DNA of 38,615 bases, taken from the UHGV virus genome UHGV-0210052, one strand, 5' to 3'. The notes under the pieces are model-generated. The model made no database searches, had not been told where the DNA came from, and saw nothing but the letters and a program-made list of their open reading frames with translations. Below are positions 8,533 to 20,697 of the stretch, in pieces; within the stretch, counting starts at the first letter, position 1; the number at the start of each line of letters is the position of its first letter. A program made the position numbers and the translations under genes. Source of the stretch: a virus.

Positions 8533-10836
8533 TTACTTCTGGTTATCATCACTGTTCATCCAGTACATGATGCCTAGCCTTGATATGGTTTTCTTATCTG
8601 ATTCTGGAAGTGAGTTGTAAAACGAGCGCCAAGCAGAAGAGCGTCTTACAGTTGTATCAACGATGCTTTCTGGTGCTTGTTTTACTGCCAGCCTTGCTGC
8701 TTTCTGGAATTCTGGTGAGCTAATTAGCTTTTCTGCAGATTCAATTGATTCAGCGCCGCCCATCGCCCTGATTTTGCTGGCGACTTTTGCCCCAATTTCT
8801 GACCCAGCAACAGCACCTACTGCACTGAACGGTCCTGACACAGTTGAACCAACCGCAGTGCCAATGCGTTGGGCATGGTTAGCAACAAATTCATTTGCCG
8901 CAGTGACGCGATTAAACCGTTTGACGAACTCGTTTAGTCTTCCTGTAGTTATCTCGTAAGATTTTGCATCTTTGATAGCCTTTGCGACCTTATATACATC
9001 GTTCAGACCTGACATAGTCTCTTTTGGTAAATGTCGGGCAAGATTGCGCATCTGCCCGTTTGCTAACATGTTTTGATACCAGTCAGCAAACCCTGCAGGA
9101 TTAAAATCAGCGCCACGTTTTCCGTTCGAAAGCATATCCCGAAGACCTGTTCCCAGTAGCTCGGTTCTTAGCTTCCTGGACGGCGTGTTTTGCATCAATT
9201 CACGAAATCCTTTGGCATCGCCTTTCGACATTGCCTGTAGTGCTGTAGTTGCTTTGCGAGAAACATCACCGTTCAGCGTTCTGCCAGTTAGATTAATCAT
9301 TTGCTCTTCCATGCTTTTTCGCATCTGAACAAGCCTCTGAGCAACTTCAAAATCACGTAATGCATTTGTCTCTGACAGCGCCGCCTTTTGATCATCGGCG
9401 AGCGAACCGTAAAGCCTCGATAAAGCAGCGCGATCAGCATCTTTATATGGTCCAGAATTCTTATGAAGTGCATCACCAACAAGTCGTCGTTGCTTATTGA
9501 GATTTGCATAAGTTAATGCGCCGTTCTTGCCTGGATTAACTGCCCGAAAGACTCTCTTTTCAATAGGGTCAAGGTTTTTCATCCCGCCAAGATCTTCTGC
9601 CACCTGTTTGAGCATTGACCTTGTTGATGGTGCATCAATTTTTGCACCTGCAGGCATCGCCTTTTCAACATTGCGATAAAGCTGGTCGCTTCGTTTCATC
9701 AGCGCAGACATTCTTCCATTGACCGTATCAATAAACTTGTCGCTCATACCAAGAGCATCTTTTGCACCGGAAACGCGATCAATTATCTCCCCCGCGCCCT
9801 GTGCTAGCTGCCTGATTGCTTCATTTTCCTGCACCTGTAGAGCAGAACCCGCACGGGACTTGATTGCTTGCTCAACTGCCTTGTATTGCTCGTTCCCGGA
9901 AAAGTGTGAAGGGAGTAATGAATCAACATTAAGCCTTTCAGCAGACTCCAGAACTTCAGCCTGAGGATTGATATCTAGTTCATCAAGCGATGAAGCGAGA
10001 TTTGGCCTTTTTTGTGCTGCTACTGTGCGAACGACTTCCTCTGGGTTCCTCGTCGCAGGCGTCATTGGTACACCTTGTGCTACTCTTGCCTCTGCGGCAT
10101 GAACCGCAGGATTTGTTGCTGCAGCGGCATCACCGGAGAATGGTGATGTTTCTGTTGGCGCAGTGGTCGCTCTCTGTGCAGATGTTTTATTGCCACTAAT
10201 TATATTTGATGCACCACGAACACCACGGGTAACGCCATTTATCAGGCCATGCGTAGCAATGTTAAGTCCGGCATTAATAGCGGCATTTTCGGCAAAATCA
10301 CCCCGTTGATTCGCCGCGTCAGCGAGAGAACCAATGACCATGTTTCCAGCTACTCCTGCTCCAGGAACAAGATAACCGCCTATTGACTCTCCAGCTTGCG
10401 CATACGGATCCGTTGGCCGGTTAACTGGTCTATATACTTCATCAAGAATCTTTGGTCCATCAAAACTCTGAGATGCGGCATTAATGAGACTCGCCCCCCC
10501 CTGAAGAACGTCAAAAGGAATATTTACAAATCCTCTTACCGCCTGCTCGGCAATTTGACCTACGCTTTGCCCACCTGTTAGCCATTCTCCTGCACGCTGC
10601 ATAAGTGATTTGTCTTGCTGAATGGTATCAGGAGATTGCCCTACTTCCTGCTGTTCTGTCTGCATTGAAGGCAATGGATAGGCATCATAGAAAGCTTGCT
10701 TAGCCTGCTCTGCATTTTCTCCGGCTTGCGGTGCCACGACTTCATTGAAGTATTGCTCCTGAGCCTGCGCTTTTTGTTCTGGTGCTAACGCCTGATACTG
10801 TGGAGAGGCGATAACATCTTTCCATGCTTTAGCCAT
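8533..10836 (-). CDS. ejection/injection protein, P22 gp16-like position, 767 aa
   Basis: Last gene of the gp7-gp20-gp16 block; Gly/Ala-rich low-complexity segments. Confidence 0.6.
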   Translation of the reverse strand: MAKAWKDVIASPQYQALAPEQKAQAQEQYFNEVVAPQAGENAEQAKQAFYDAYPLPSMQTEQQEVGQSPDTIQQDKSLMQRAGEWLTGGQSVGQIAEQAVRGFVNIPFDVLQGGASLINAASQSFDGPKILDEVYRPVNRPTDPYAQAGESIGGYLVPGAGVAGNMVIGSLADAANQRGDFAENAAINAGLNIATHGLINGVTRGVRGASNIISGNKTSAQRATTAPTETSPFSGDAAAATNPAVHAAEARVAQGVPMTPATRNPEEVVRTVAAQKRPNLASSLDELDINPQAEVLESAERLNVDSLLPSHFSGNEQYKAVEQAIKSRAGSALQVQENEAIRQLAQGAGEIIDRVSGAKDALGMSDKFIDTVNGRMSALMKRSDQLYRNVEKAMPAGAKIDAPSTRSMLKQVAEDLGGMKNLDPIEKRVFRAVNPGKNGALTYANLNKQRRLVGDALHKNSGPYKDADRAALSRLYGSLADDQKAALSETNALRDFEVAQRLVQMRKSMEEQMINLTGRTLNGDVSRKATTALQAMSKGDAKGFRELMQNTPSRKLRTELLGTGLRDMLSNGKRGADFNPAGFADWYQNMLANGQMRNLARHLPKETMSGLNDVYKVAKAIKDAKSYEITTGRLNEFVKRFNRVTAANEFVANHAQRIGTAVGSTVSGPFSAVGAVAGSEIGAKVASKIRAMGGAESIESAEKLISSPEFQKAARLAVKQAPESIVDTTVRRSSAWRSFYNSLPESDKKTISRLGIMYWMNSDDNQK

Positions 10837-12131
10837 TAATCACCCCATAGTGAAGAAAAGTTACTGCCAGTAGTAGGTTGTTGCGCTGGCGTATTCTGTA
10901 CTGGCTCCTGATAATCAAACTGTTTTTTAACAGTGCTCAACTTGCTTTCAAGCTGATTTCTAATCTTTCCGATAGAGTCACGAAAAGCCTTTTCACTCAT
11001 TTTGGGGCTTAGGGCACCAACCGCATCGGATAATTTTTTACCCTCAGCATCTGAAAGAGCGCCCATACCCTTCAGGGACTGCACCATAGGAAGGAATGTT
11101 TGAGCTTTAAAGGTGTCGAGCCTTGCTTCAAAGTTAGCCGCATCAGAGCCAGGAACTGTCGGAAACGCTGAGCGAATTCCTACTGCTTTTGAAAGGCCGG
11201 GGCTTTGCTCTATCTCGTTGAGAGAATCAAGCGCAGTGCTGAACGTATCAACTGCACCCTGAGCGGCGGCCTGCCTGTCAGCGCGGGCTATGTCAGCCTT
11301 TTGCCGAACATCTGCCTGTTTCTGTTTTAGCTCTTCAAGCTTTAACTGATTGCTTTCTCTGGCTATCTGTCTGTCCAGAGCCTTTTCTTGTAATTCTGCT
11401 CTTTGTATTTCTCGGGAAAGAGCAGCATTCTGTGCGCTGATGTTCTGTCCACGTATCTGGATGTCCTGACCTCGAGCTGTTAGTGCTTCTCCTGCCTGAT
11501 TGCTGCGGATTGTCTCTGCCAGCCTGCCTCGGTCAATTTCACGACCAGCCATCTTGTCCTGAACATTGAAGTAATCAATCGGACCAAGCGCAGCCATCCC
11601 AAGGTGATCAACAAACTCACCAAATCCTGAAGGGTTCTGCTGATACATCTGAGCAACGCTGTTAGGGTCAACACCGACGCGCGCCAGCTCATTGGCGTTG
11701 TTTTGCAGCCATGATTGCATTGCTTCTGGAGACGATGACGCAAGGCGTGCGCCAGCCGCTAAGGTGCCGATAGAATTACGCTGCTCTTCATCAATGAATC
11801 CCATGCCTTTACGAACGGATTCAATCTGGTCTGGATATTGAGTAGCCAACTGACGCAAAGCACCGCGATCACCAGACGCATAAGCATTAGCGTATGCCTG
11901 CTGAAATTCTTTCTGCCGCTGAGCCTGCTTTTCCTGCTGAAACACCCCCGCAATACCTGAAAGGCCTTGCAAAGCAGTCAGCCCAACATTGTTAGCGCCT
12001 GAACGCTCAATATCATTGTTCTGCCTGATAAGCTGAAGCGTATTGCCGATGTCATTTACGCTCGGAGCGTTTGAGTTGACACCACCGATACCAGCCAACA
12101 ATCCGCCATTTGTTCCTTGCCAAGTAGCCAT
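10836..12131 (-). CDS. ejection protein, P22 gp20-like position, 431 aa
   Basis: Synteny; Gln/Ala-rich coiled-coil-like sequence; start overlaps upstream stop. Confidence 0.6.
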   Translation of the reverse strand: MATWQGTNGGLLAGIGGVNSNAPSVNDIGNTLQLIRQNNDIERSGANNVGLTALQGLSGIAGVFQQEKQAQRQKEFQQAYANAYASGDRGALRQLATQYPDQIESVRKGMGFIDEEQRNSIGTLAAGARLASSSPEAMQSWLQNNANELARVGVDPNSVAQMYQQNPSGFGEFVDHLGMAALGPIDYFNVQDKMAGREIDRGRLAETIRSNQAGEALTARGQDIQIRGQNISAQNAALSREIQRAELQEKALDRQIARESNQLKLEELKQKQADVRQKADIARADRQAAAQGAVDTFSTALDSLNEIEQSPGLSKAVGIRSAFPTVPGSDAANFEARLDTFKAQTFLPMVQSLKGMGALSDAEGKKLSDAVGALSPKMSEKAFRDSIGKIRNQLESKLSTVKKQFDYQEPVQNTPAQQPTTGSNFSSLWGD

Positions 12132-12140
12132 GATTACCCC

Positions 12141-12836
12141 TTAAAACAACGATCCAAGCAGGCCAAGTCCGCCGCCAATTGCCGCACCTAATCCAGTGCC
12201 AAGTCCGGGAACAATAGAGCCAAGAGCAGCGCCAGTCATAGCCCCTGAAGCTCCACCGCTAATTGCTGTCTGAAGACCTGATGGTTTGTTGGCATTAGCA
12301 GCGGCAAGAGCTGCGCTTTGCTGTGCAATGCTGCTCATGTTGTTGGCGTACGTCTGCCCGGCGTTTGCCTGACCTTGCAGAGCACCAAGCCCAACGTTTG
12401 CCAGATTGTTGTAATTGCTCATCTGGTTTGATAACCACGACTGACCGAGAGTCGGAGCAATCGTAGCCAGTTGATTGCTTGTGGCTGTCGAACCAAGTCC
12501 GCCAGTCGCCTCCGCAGCAGCAAGACTCTGGTAACGCGCCTGACCTGCAAGGTCTTTATACTGCTGAGAGTTGTAATACTGATTAAGTGCCTGCCCCTGA
12601 CCTTCTAAACTGGAAAGATTCTGCAACTGGTTAACATACTGCTCCGCAAGCGGCGTGAACGGAGCAAGGTTTTTCATGATCGTCTGCCACTGCTGATTTT
12701 GCAGGTCTGCGGCATACTTCTGAGCTTCTGCTGCATACTTTGCGCTTTTATCAGAGCTGCCACCTTTCCCGCCTTTTTCAGGGCAATAAGGTTCCTCGCC
12801 GCGCAGTTTTCTGCCCAGCTTAAATGCATATAACAT
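12141..12836 (-). CDS. ejection protein, P22 gp7-like, 231 aa
   Basis: Size and position match gp7; C-terminal Gly-rich hydrophobic tail GLGAAIGGGLGLLGSLF. Confidence 0.6.
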   Translation of the reverse strand: MLYAFKLGRKLRGEEPYCPEKGGKGGSSDKSAKYAAEAQKYAADLQNQQWQTIMKNLAPFTPLAEQYVNQLQNLSSLEGQGQALNQYYNSQQYKDLAGQARYQSLAAAEATGGLGSTATSNQLATIAPTLGQSWLSNQMSNYNNLANVGLGALQGQANAGQTYANNMSSIAQQSAALAAANANKPSGLQTAISGGASGAMTGAALGSIVPGLGTGLGAAIGGGLGLLGSLF

Positions 12837-12838
12837 GG

Positions 12839-13297
12839 CTATCTCCCGTGATTCAGGAAGTCGATTAGTTCTTCGCGTGTGGCGCTGTAAAACGTCACGT
12901 CATCCACGCCTTTGAAGTATTTCTTGATGGTTCCTACACGCTTAAGGCCAATCATTGCGCAGTACATCTGCCCGTGGCGGAATTTGCGTGCAGCGAACGA
13001 TGTGATGCACTGAACGGTGGTGTTAGTCAGAATGTATCGCCAGAACTCCAGCCCGATTTCCTTGCTGAAGCCGCGAATCTCTGGCAGATACATGGCGTGG
13101 CAATCGAATGTCAGCGGCTGAATCTCCTGATAGTAAACAATGCCGCCGAACTGCCCGTGCACGTTCACCTCGAAGTAACGGCATTCAGGCTTGTAGTCGT
13201 ATCCATCACCGTTATTGCTTCCGGCGATAATGTCAGGGTGATTTCCGACTGCTTCGATCAGGTCGATGTTTCGCGTTGGTTTGAACTGAATCATCAC
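12839..13297 (-). CDS. P22 gp14-position protein, 152 aa
   Basis: Synteny between tail needle and gp7-like gene. Confidence 0.5.
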   Translation of the reverse strand: MMIQFKPTRNIDLIEAVGNHPDIIAGSNNGDGYDYKPECRYFEVNVHGQFGGIVYYQEIQPLTFDCHAMYLPEIRGFSKEIGLEFWRYILTNTTVQCITSFAARKFRHGQMYCAMIGLKRVGTIKKYFKGVDDVTFYSATREELIDFLNHGR

Positions 13298-14142
13298 TGC
13301 TCCGCGATTATCTTGATGGTTGTGGCAGTAAACGCCGCACCATTTGACTGAATGGTTAACGTGCTGCCATTTGTGGCAAGAAATCCGTCTTTATCCACGC
13401 TGAAGAACGTAGCTAACAGGATGTTGTCGGTTGTTGTCGCCGCATTACGACTGCTAACCAGTGTGTCAGGAACAGAGCCGGAAAAGGTTAGCTGCATTGA
13501 TCTGTTAGCGGTTCCGCTGGGCCACGTCCCGACGATCGACAGCTTGAAGAACAATGTTTTGTTCTCGTTGAACACAACCATCTTGTTGTTAACGGTGTCG
13601 AAGAATGGTGCCAACGTGCCGGATGACGGCGTGAGCGTTTTCAGCAGGCTAACAAGGTTGGTCGGCGCTGTCGGGATGGTTACAGATACGCCAGAGTAAA
13701 CAACCTCTGACTTCTTGCGCGTGGTTGCATACTCCAGAGCATCAATGCGCGTTTCATGGTCTGAAACCTGCGACTCCAGCGACTGAACTCTGGTATCAAG
13801 CGACGCAATATCGCTTTCATTCTGAGCGATTCGCGTTTCATGTTCCTGAAGAGTTGATTCTGCCTGGCTGATTCGCTCCTCATGATTAACAAGCGTTGCT
13901 TCCGCAGCAGAAATTCGCTGCTCATGGTCAGCGAGAATCACATCCTGCTCATCGTTCCTGACTTGTGCATCATAAGCGCCCTGTCCGGCCTCGTTGGCCT
14001 TGTTAGCCACATTACCAACATCAGTGCCCTGTGCGATAACGTAAAGCAGATACGACTGCGAGAAGATATTGCGTGGAAGGACTGATGTATCGAGCCGCGT
14101 AGCCTGGATGATTACCGGCACATTGAGATTCGAATCCGCCAT
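13294..14142 (-). CDS. tail needle protein (gp26-like) with C-terminal knob domain, 282 aa
   Basis: Heptad coiled coil ([26 protein letters not shown]...) followed by ~130 aa globular C-terminus; position after gp10-like gene. Confidence 0.7.
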   Translation of the reverse strand: MADSNLNVPVIIQATRLDTSVLPRNIFSQSYLLYVIAQGTDVGNVANKANEAGQGAYDAQVRNDEQDVILADHEQRISAAEATLVNHEERISQAESTLQEHETRIAQNESDIASLDTRVQSLESQVSDHETRIDALEYATTRKKSEVVYSGVSVTIPTAPTNLVSLLKTLTPSSGTLAPFFDTVNNKMVVFNENKTLFFKLSIVGTWPSGTANRSMQLTFSGSVPDTLVSSRNAATTTDNILLATFFSVDKDGFLATNGSTLTIQSNGAAFTATTIKIIAEQ

Positions 14143-15560
14143 TACTCAATCCTTATCTGGCAGCCTGACAGAGTGACAGGTGACTTCGTGATAACGCGCA
14201 ATTTGAAGCCAACATTTTTCCTGATGCGCCCTACTCGCTTCCACAAAACACGTTTGTCGTAAACGAACGGTTCATTCTGCTCAATCATCTGCTCACGCCC
14301 GTAATTGATGCCGTCAGTGGTTGCAGAGAGAAAAAGGCGGTCAGCATACTGCGCAACGCCAGTTGAAGATTCAACTTCAAGGTCGAAAACTCTGGCGTTA
14401 TCTGCTTTGAAGAGTGGAGTAAACAGCAGGTGTTCCTGTTGCTTGTCGTACTGGCTGCTGATGTCGAATTGCAATTTCCCGGTCACGGACTCCAGCTTAT
14501 CACCGCACGTTATCCGATTGCCTTCGTAAATGAAGTCGATAGCGCGGTACACATCGTCATACAGGCCCGTTTTCAGCACACACCATTGCGGACCATTGGC
14601 GCTTGAAGATGCGTCGTACACGAGAACATGGCGCGGAAGATGGATAATCAGCAGCTCATGCGCATCAAATCGCAGAGACTCCATCACACCATCAGCCAGT
14701 TCATCAGCAGTGTAGGAGCGGAGAATTTTCTCAATGCTCGCGCTGGCGATTGGTGATACCTGACCGGAGCCGATGATGTATACAGACGGAGCACCTGTTG
14801 CCGGATTGCTGATGAACGCATACGAATCAGCAAACGGCGTTTTGCAGTAAGTTCCGGCAATGCCTTTCTGCACCATCAGTGATGGCTGTGCGACATACAA
14901 AGCGGCACCAACGGTGGTTGCCCCAGTCAGGGAAAAATATTCAATCGTCGATGAACCAAAGCAGACGATGAAGTCTCGCCATGTTCCGATGCCGAGGATA
15001 CCGTCCGGCTGCGATTCTGCGCGATATTGTGCGCTGTAGCGGTCAGGATGCGATTCGTCTTCAAGGTCAGTGATAAACCATGAATCAGTACCATCTTTTG
15101 ACCACGCATAACGCCCACGTAAGCGCGTAACGTCACGAACCGAACCTAACTCATACTGCGTGAATCCGCTGTCTGTAGGCCAGTTTGAGACTGTTTTAAC
15201 CGTGCCATCATAGCGATACTCGACCAGTTGACCATTAACGCCTACCGCCTGTGATGTCCGACCATGCGCCATTGATACGCGACCACTTCCGGCAACATCA
15301 CCAACCTCGCTTTCTCCTTTGTACAGTTTGCCACCACACACGCGATAAACAGCACTCTGCGCCATGTTGTACTCGACGCCGCGAGATACACCGTTCACAT
15401 CAGAACGTTTGGCAATGCCCGGGAATGAGCGAAGATATCCGCTGCTGTTAAGGATTTCTTTGGGTGTAGCCAACATATTCACTGGCAGATAGTCGATATA
15501 GTCGGCGTTTCTAAAGTCTTTGCCGACGCCTTTCATGAGCGGAAGTTGCTGAATCGGCAT
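14142..15560 (-). CDS. tail hub protein, P22 gp10-like, 472 aa
   Basis: Size and synteny (P22 gp10 is about this length). Confidence 0.65.
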   Translation of the reverse strand: MPIQQLPLMKGVGKDFRNADYIDYLPVNMLATPKEILNSSGYLRSFPGIAKRSDVNGVSRGVEYNMAQSAVYRVCGGKLYKGESEVGDVAGSGRVSMAHGRTSQAVGVNGQLVEYRYDGTVKTVSNWPTDSGFTQYELGSVRDVTRLRGRYAWSKDGTDSWFITDLEDESHPDRYSAQYRAESQPDGILGIGTWRDFIVCFGSSTIEYFSLTGATTVGAALYVAQPSLMVQKGIAGTYCKTPFADSYAFISNPATGAPSVYIIGSGQVSPIASASIEKILRSYTADELADGVMESLRFDAHELLIIHLPRHVLVYDASSSANGPQWCVLKTGLYDDVYRAIDFIYEGNRITCGDKLESVTGKLQFDISSQYDKQQEHLLFTPLFKADNARVFDLEVESSTGVAQYADRLFLSATTDGINYGREQMIEQNEPFVYDKRVLWKRVGRIRKNVGFKLRVITKSPVTLSGCQIRIE

Positions 15561-15569
15561 TTATTCACC

Positions 15570-16031
15570 TCACGTACTCGGATCATCTTTCTCGATGTAA
15601 AACCGATTCCACGTAAACGCGCTTTTGTTACCACTACCGCGAGGCATGTCATTTCGCCGCTCAAGTGGTGGTATTTTGGTTAAAGCGATACAGATTGTTT
15701 GATATGCACTGTCAGCAGCGGTAAGGAGAGCGTCTGACGGCTGAATGACGTTATCCATGCACACTTGCACAGCGAGTTTCAAAGCGACGCCATCATTTGC
15801 CCATGTAGGGATACCTGAATCATCGTCAGGTAACGGCATGATGCCGTTTTCTGTATCAGCAAACTGATACCCAAGCTCGATACCTTTCGCCTGCCATGCT
15901 GCCATCATGTCTTCGAGGTCATTAATGGCATCTTCAATTGCCTGAGGGTCAGCATCTGTCAACGTGGCATTGGAATACAACCCGGCTTTTCGCAAAGCCT
16001 TTAGAACGAGATCACCCTTCGTTTTTGCCAT
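15570..16031 (-). CDS. head-tail adaptor, P22 gp4-like, 153 aa
   Basis: Synteny between coat-proximal genes and gp10-like gene. Confidence 0.55.
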   Translation of the reverse strand: MAKTKGDLVLKALRKAGLYSNATLTDADPQAIEDAINDLEDMMAAWQAKGIELGYQFADTENGIMPLPDDDSGIPTWANDGVALKLAVQVCMDNVIQPSDALLTAADSAYQTICIALTKIPPLERRNDMPRGSGNKSAFTWNRFYIEKDDPST

Positions 16032-16200
16032 CTTCTTCCGCCTTAGCCACTTTTTGCTTCGTTGCGGTTTCTTCAGGAGTTTTTACCCAACCTTTTTTCA
16101 GGTGAGATTTAACTTCTTCGTCATCAACAATGACGTAATCGACAGCAAACTGACCACAGGTGATCATGTTGCCAGGCTTATAGAGCATTGTTCGTGCCAT
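16012..16200 (-). CDS. small hypothetical protein, 62 aa
   Basis: ATG 16200 preceded by GGAG SD; lies just after the coat terminator; track start 16239 rejected. Confidence 0.4.
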   Translation of the reverse strand: MARTMLYKPGNMITCGQFAVDYVIVDDEEVKSHLKKGWVKTPEETATKQKVAKAEEDGKNEG

Positions 16201-16211
16201 TGTCTTCTCCC

Positions 16212-16234
16212 AATAAAAATGGGGCCGAAGCCCC
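16212..16234 (-). terminator. rho-independent terminator after coat gene
   Basis: On - strand GGGGCUUCGGCCCC hairpin followed by AUUUUUAUU. Confidence 0.6.
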
Positions 16235-16241
16235 ACCAAAA

Positions 16242-17495
16242 TTACTGCCCGGCAATAACGATGCCCGTATATTCAGGAACAAGTACAGAGCAACCGTACA
16301 GAGTGGTGAAACGAGCAGTGGTTACGCCTTTGATGTGGTCGAAGGCGTAAGACATGATCAGCGTAGCGCCCTGCTCGGTGGTTGCTGTCATTACCTGTGG
16401 ACCCTGACCAGTCGGGAACGCCAGTTTGCCGTACATCAGCTCAACAGAACCATCAGCCCAGAACAGGTTAGCCGGTGCGGCATTTTTGTTGAGAATGGTA
16501 ATTGCTGCACCATTTGCCGCGTTAGCATCAACGTTTGCATATGGTCGGCTGGCGACATCCGCGTTGTCAGGCGGCAGAATTTTCGGGGAGATAGTTACTG
16601 TCGTTCCGCTTACTGCCAGAACGCGGAATACCTGCGGCTGCCCGGTGGTATCTTTGGTGATCTGGTGTACAGAATTCACCCCTGCAATGGTAAACGCATC
16701 GCCAACCTGCAAACCTTCAGCAGATACCGTAATGGTCCCCTGTCGGTTATCCACTGGCATATCGTTAGCATCTTTCGCTTCAACCTTGTGCGCAGGTGCT
16801 GCTGCCAGCGTAATGGAAGTTGCTGTACCCTTCGGAACACGACCAGAAATATCGGTCTTGTAGCTATCGAAGGACGCAACCGGAGGGATCTGCGCTTTTT
16901 CGTATGCTGTCAGGGTTGCGCCCTGAGCATAGGCACGGTGACCAAGCTCGCCAGCAAGGTCTTTGTAGTTGAAGGGGTTCCAGAAAGAGCGACGGTTGAT
17001 ACCCTGAGGTACACCAATCGCCGTCATGGTGGCATCAATACCTGCCGCACAGTTCCACAAATCACGGCCCTGTGAACCTGTGGTTGAGTCACCCATCGTG
17101 ATCACGTTAGTAGCACGCTGCGTGACCATGGAAATCAGGTCAGAGTCAATCTGTGCAGCAAGGCGCATACCTGCGGCTCGACCAGCTTCAGTTTTATGTT
17201 CCGGGTCACGCATTTCACGCGCATCCAGAGTGTACAGAATGTTTTTCGGCTCCTTGAACACAGAAGGAACAAGGCGCTGAACCAGTGCTGTAGGCGTTTT
17301 GCCGCTGAGATCGAGGCCTTCTTCAATGTTCATGTGGTAATGCTGCGGACGATACAGAACATCACCTGCTCGCTGCATTGCGGTATCACCGGGACGGAAT
17401 TTTTTAGCGTTACGGGAAACTACGCAGGCGGCCTCAAAGCCTTCAACGTAGTTTTCGAACATGATTTCAAGGTCTTTTGCTAATTGGTTAGCCAT
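16242..17495 (-). CDS. major capsid (coat) protein, P22 gp5-like, 417 aa
   Basis: Size, position after scaffold gene, terminator immediately downstream. Confidence 0.85.
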   Translation of the reverse strand: MANQLAKDLEIMFENYVEGFEAACVVSRNAKKFRPGDTAMQRAGDVLYRPQHYHMNIEEGLDLSGKTPTALVQRLVPSVFKEPKNILYTLDAREMRDPEHKTEAGRAAGMRLAAQIDSDLISMVTQRATNVITMGDSTTGSQGRDLWNCAAGIDATMTAIGVPQGINRRSFWNPFNYKDLAGELGHRAYAQGATLTAYEKAQIPPVASFDSYKTDISGRVPKGTATSITLAAAPAHKVEAKDANDMPVDNRQGTITVSAEGLQVGDAFTIAGVNSVHQITKDTTGQPQVFRVLAVSGTTVTISPKILPPDNADVASRPYANVDANAANGAAITILNKNAAPANLFWADGSVELMYGKLAFPTGQGPQVMTATTEQGATLIMSYAFDHIKGVTTARFTTLYGCSVLVPEYTGIVIAGQ

Positions 17496-17513
17496 GCTTA
17501 ATGCTCCGATAGG

Positions 17514-18407
17514 TTATTTTTTTGCCTTTTTAGCGGCGAAATACGGCGTCCAGTCACCAGTTTCCAGCGCCTTGGCTTTCAGTTTGTCGAGGTTATTGAT
17601 TACTGCGCCGTTGCTCCCCTTAACTGTCGGGGTTGTGGCTGCCGTGGTTTTTGCTTTTGGCATGATTCTGGCCTTCGATTCGATACGTTCCAGCAGACGA
17701 CCAATTGCTACGGGGTTGGTAGCTTCTGCCAGTTGCTTGCGCAGTTCAGCGTTGCGACCGAGCGCCAGAACAACGATTTCCGGCTTCTCTGACTCAAACA
17801 GGATCGCGTTTTGTGTCTCGATGGGAATTTCCTCGAGTACGGCCTGCTCAGCTTCCTGATAGCCAGGAACTTTGAGAGCCTTAACACGTTGCTGATATTT
17901 GGATAATCGCTCTTGATAGGCAGCCTGAAGCTCCTGCTCCTTCTGCTTGCGAGCCATCTCCTGTTGCTGGTACTTGCCGTTATCCTCTGCCCACTTAGCC
18001 ATGCGTTGCTGGTAGATTTCTTCATCGAAACCGATGTCCTCATCATCCAGTTTTGGCATTCGCGGTGGGTGAGTGATTACCGGCTGCTGCTCGACGGGTT
18101 TCTGAGACTGACGCATCAGCTCTTTCAGCTCGCGGTCTTTCTCTTTAATCGTCTTGCGCAGGTGTTTTACCAGTCCATGCTCAGCGCCATCTTCGCTGGT
18201 TGGCGAATCCAGCTTTTCGTCACCAAAGTAGAATTCCTGTTCTGATTCGTCGTCATCAGTTTCAGTAGCTTCCTCTGCATCATTGCCGGAGGACTCACTG
18301 CCATCTTCTGTTTCGACTTCTTCAGCCAGTTCGACATCATCAGGAATCTGCTCTGACGCGTCGGTTTCGATTTCAACTTCTGGTGTGTTTTCTGCCATCT
18401 GGTCCAT
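17514..18407 (-). CDS. scaffolding protein, P22 gp8-like, 297 aa
   Basis: Highly acidic N-terminus, charged helical protein between portal and coat. Confidence 0.8.
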   Translation of the reverse strand: MDQMAENTPEVEIETDASEQIPDDVELAEEVETEDGSESSGNDAEEATETDDDESEQEFYFGDEKLDSPTSEDGAEHGLVKHLRKTIKEKDRELKELMRQSQKPVEQQPVITHPPRMPKLDDEDIGFDEEIYQQRMAKWAEDNGKYQQQEMARKQKEQELQAAYQERLSKYQQRVKALKVPGYQEAEQAVLEEIPIETQNAILFESEKPEIVVLALGRNAELRKQLAEATNPVAIGRLLERIESKARIMPKAKTTAATTPTVKGSNGAVINNLDKLKAKALETGDWTPYFAAKKAKK

Positions 18408-18497
18408 TTGTTACCCCTGTTTACTCGATGTTCAGCCCATCGGAAGGCAATAGGGTGCAAGGCCTCATAAAGACAGCCATTGCACGTTATGGGTTAA

Positions 18498-20696
18498 TTA
18501 CTGCTGTGGTTGTTGCTGGGTTGATTTTTGCAGGATGCTGCTGATGTCCATTCGTTGTGCATGGCCCTGTGCCTGACTTTTCAGGACAAGCTCTGCATCA
18601 GCACGGGCATTGTCTCCTTGCTGTTGCTGGAACTGTCCGAGCAGTTTCAGCGCCTCACGGATATCAGATTTTTGCTGGCTATCGGCAGATGCGAGGATTT
18701 TCACAACATTTGCCGCAGCAACCTGAGCATCCGTCTGTGCCTGGAATGCTTTAACCTGAATGGCTGCCTGTTCGTTCTGCGCTTTCTGCAATTCAGCCTG
18801 ACCAGCAAGAAGCTGACCTTGCGCTGCAACCATAGCCGGATCTGGCTGACTGGCCTGTTGTTGTTTCGCCTGTTCAACCATCTGCTGTTCTTCAGGCGTT
18901 CTCGGCTTGATAACGCCAGACAGAAGCAACTGATTGCGGTTGTATTCTTTAAGGTCGTCCATCCCTTCGCCGTCCATATTGTCGAGAATCATCGACGATA
19001 CAAGGTCGTGCTTCGGCGTTCCTGGTGGGATAAGTGCCAGCATGGAAAGTAACGACTTAACCGTTGCATCACGGCGAGTAGCGAACGACTGACCGACATC
19101 GACAGTCACTTCATAGTTACCCTGCGAAAGGTCGTTAAGCGCGATAACCTGCCCTGTCTGACGGTCAACCACTTCACCAGTCATCAGCGCCACGTCATCG
19201 CTGCCATCCTCATTAACGATACGCATCGGCGTATCACTTCCATAGACCTCACGCGCCATAGAAAGCCACACAACGCCAGCGCGACGCATGGATTTAGCCA
19301 TGTTGTCCATGTAGATATAGGACTGCGTATCCATCCGGTTAAAGATGCTATCAACGGTATCGGTGGCGACGTTGCTCGGCATGTTCTCAAGCTGAGACGC
19401 ACCTGTAATTTGCTGAATAGCCGTTCCGGTGTACTGCAATAGCCCGGCAAGAGCTGGAGGCATTTGTGTCGAAGGCGTATAACTGCTGACCTGAGCCTGC
19501 GCAGTAATATCTCCGTTTTTGTTTTTCAGACTGACCATCGGCAGGAACGCCGGGCGCTTTTTGTTGCGCTCCGCCCAATGAGTGGCGAGAGGACCAGGAA
19601 TCATGTCAACATCAACTACAGGAATGCCATCACCGCCAGCCTGAGTAGCGTTATCTGCAATCATGGAAACCATCAGGTTCTCAAGACGCTGTGCATCCAT
19701 CGCTTTTGCAGCGTGGCCTTCGATTCGCTCCTGATTATCAACAAATGAGCGACGCCCATATACCGGGATGAGAGGAATATGTTCGCCCGGAATACGCTTC
19801 GGTTCTTCCAGCCATTCAGCGCCAGACAGAAGACCGCAATAAACGCGGCGTTTCTTCACCGTTCGCTCGCCAATCAGTTCGAATGCACCATCGGTCAGCT
19901 CGTCGACAATATCTTTGATTTGCTCTTCATCATAGATTGCCGTTTCTCCGCTGACAGGGTTACGCCATGCTGTGAGCTTCACCTTCTCTATGCGGACTTC
20001 GTAGTAGCGTCCAACATAGATGGCATCAGGAGTTGACCAGTCATACTGAGTACCAGTGTCATCACGAGAAAGGCTTGCCGCGATGGAATCAGGGTATTCA
20101 GCCTCGAACGCTTTAGGCGTCATGGAGAACATTTCCATAGCCCACATAGCATCAGAGCGGTCATATTGCTTGCTGTCCTGATCAAAGAAGACGCATGTCG
20201 CCGGGTCGTAAACAGGAAGAAGGCTGATGCGTCGCTGCTCGTTACTCGGATCCATTTCATCTTCGTAATCAGCACACATGCGGAAACAACCGAATCCGCC
20301 CGTTACAGCATCATCAAATGCGTTATCACACGCTTCGCCACCGGATGTTTCCTGATAGTCAGCGCGGAATTTGCCGTTCATTTTTTCGGCTAACGCTTCC
20401 GATGCCTTGTCATCCTTCGGCCTGAATTTAACGCTGATGCGATTCTGTCGATACTCGCCAATGATGCGATCACATTCACGGGCAATCTTATTCAGTTCAA
20501 AGCGCGGATAATGCTCGAACCTGCCTTCATCAAATGAGTAACCAGCATTTGTGCTGCCTTCCCACTGTGCGCCGGACACCCTGACGAAGCGTTGAGCTTC
20601 TATAATCTGCTCACGCATATCCTTCGTTGCTGACCAGGCATTATCAAAGTTGCACAGCACCTTGCGATGCCAGTCAGTCATCTTTTTTTCTGCCAT
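18498..20696 (-). CDS. portal protein, P22 gp1-like, 732 aa
   Basis: Size, position after terminase, Gln-rich C-terminal tail ending QQQPQQ. Confidence 0.85.
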   Translation of the reverse strand: MAEKKMTDWHRKVLCNFDNAWSATKDMREQIIEAQRFVRVSGAQWEGSTNAGYSFDEGRFEHYPRFELNKIARECDRIIGEYRQNRISVKFRPKDDKASEALAEKMNGKFRADYQETSGGEACDNAFDDAVTGGFGCFRMCADYEDEMDPSNEQRRISLLPVYDPATCVFFDQDSKQYDRSDAMWAMEMFSMTPKAFEAEYPDSIAASLSRDDTGTQYDWSTPDAIYVGRYYEVRIEKVKLTAWRNPVSGETAIYDEEQIKDIVDELTDGAFELIGERTVKKRRVYCGLLSGAEWLEEPKRIPGEHIPLIPVYGRRSFVDNQERIEGHAAKAMDAQRLENLMVSMIADNATQAGGDGIPVVDVDMIPGPLATHWAERNKKRPAFLPMVSLKNKNGDITAQAQVSSYTPSTQMPPALAGLLQYTGTAIQQITGASQLENMPSNVATDTVDSIFNRMDTQSYIYMDNMAKSMRRAGVVWLSMAREVYGSDTPMRIVNEDGSDDVALMTGEVVDRQTGQVIALNDLSQGNYEVTVDVGQSFATRRDATVKSLLSMLALIPPGTPKHDLVSSMILDNMDGEGMDDLKEYNRNQLLLSGVIKPRTPEEQQMVEQAKQQQASQPDPAMVAAQGQLLAGQAELQKAQNEQAAIQVKAFQAQTDAQVAAANVVKILASADSQQKSDIREALKLLGQFQQQQGDNARADAELVLKSQAQGHAQRMDISSILQKSTQQQPQQ

Positions 20697-20697
20697 A

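Noticed and set aside
8663-10581. Several + strand ORFs (8663-8959, 9719-9964, 9990-10199, 10396-10581) inside the gp16-like gene
   Set aside because: All lie antisense within a long - strand structural gene; no independent support.
12974-14085. Overlapping short ORFs on both strands within the tail needle and gp14-like genes
   Set aside because: Embedded in alternative frames of well-supported structural genes; no SD or conservation signal.
16188-17075. 295 aa + strand ORF and other + strand ORFs antisense to the coat gene
   Set aside because: Fully embedded antisense in a conserved structural gene, Cys/Arg-rich low-complexity translation, no SD; a GC-rich antisense artefact.
18528-19052. 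+ strand ORFs antisense to the portal gene
   Set aside because: Embedded antisense within the portal coding sequence, no ribosome-binding site, implausible composition.
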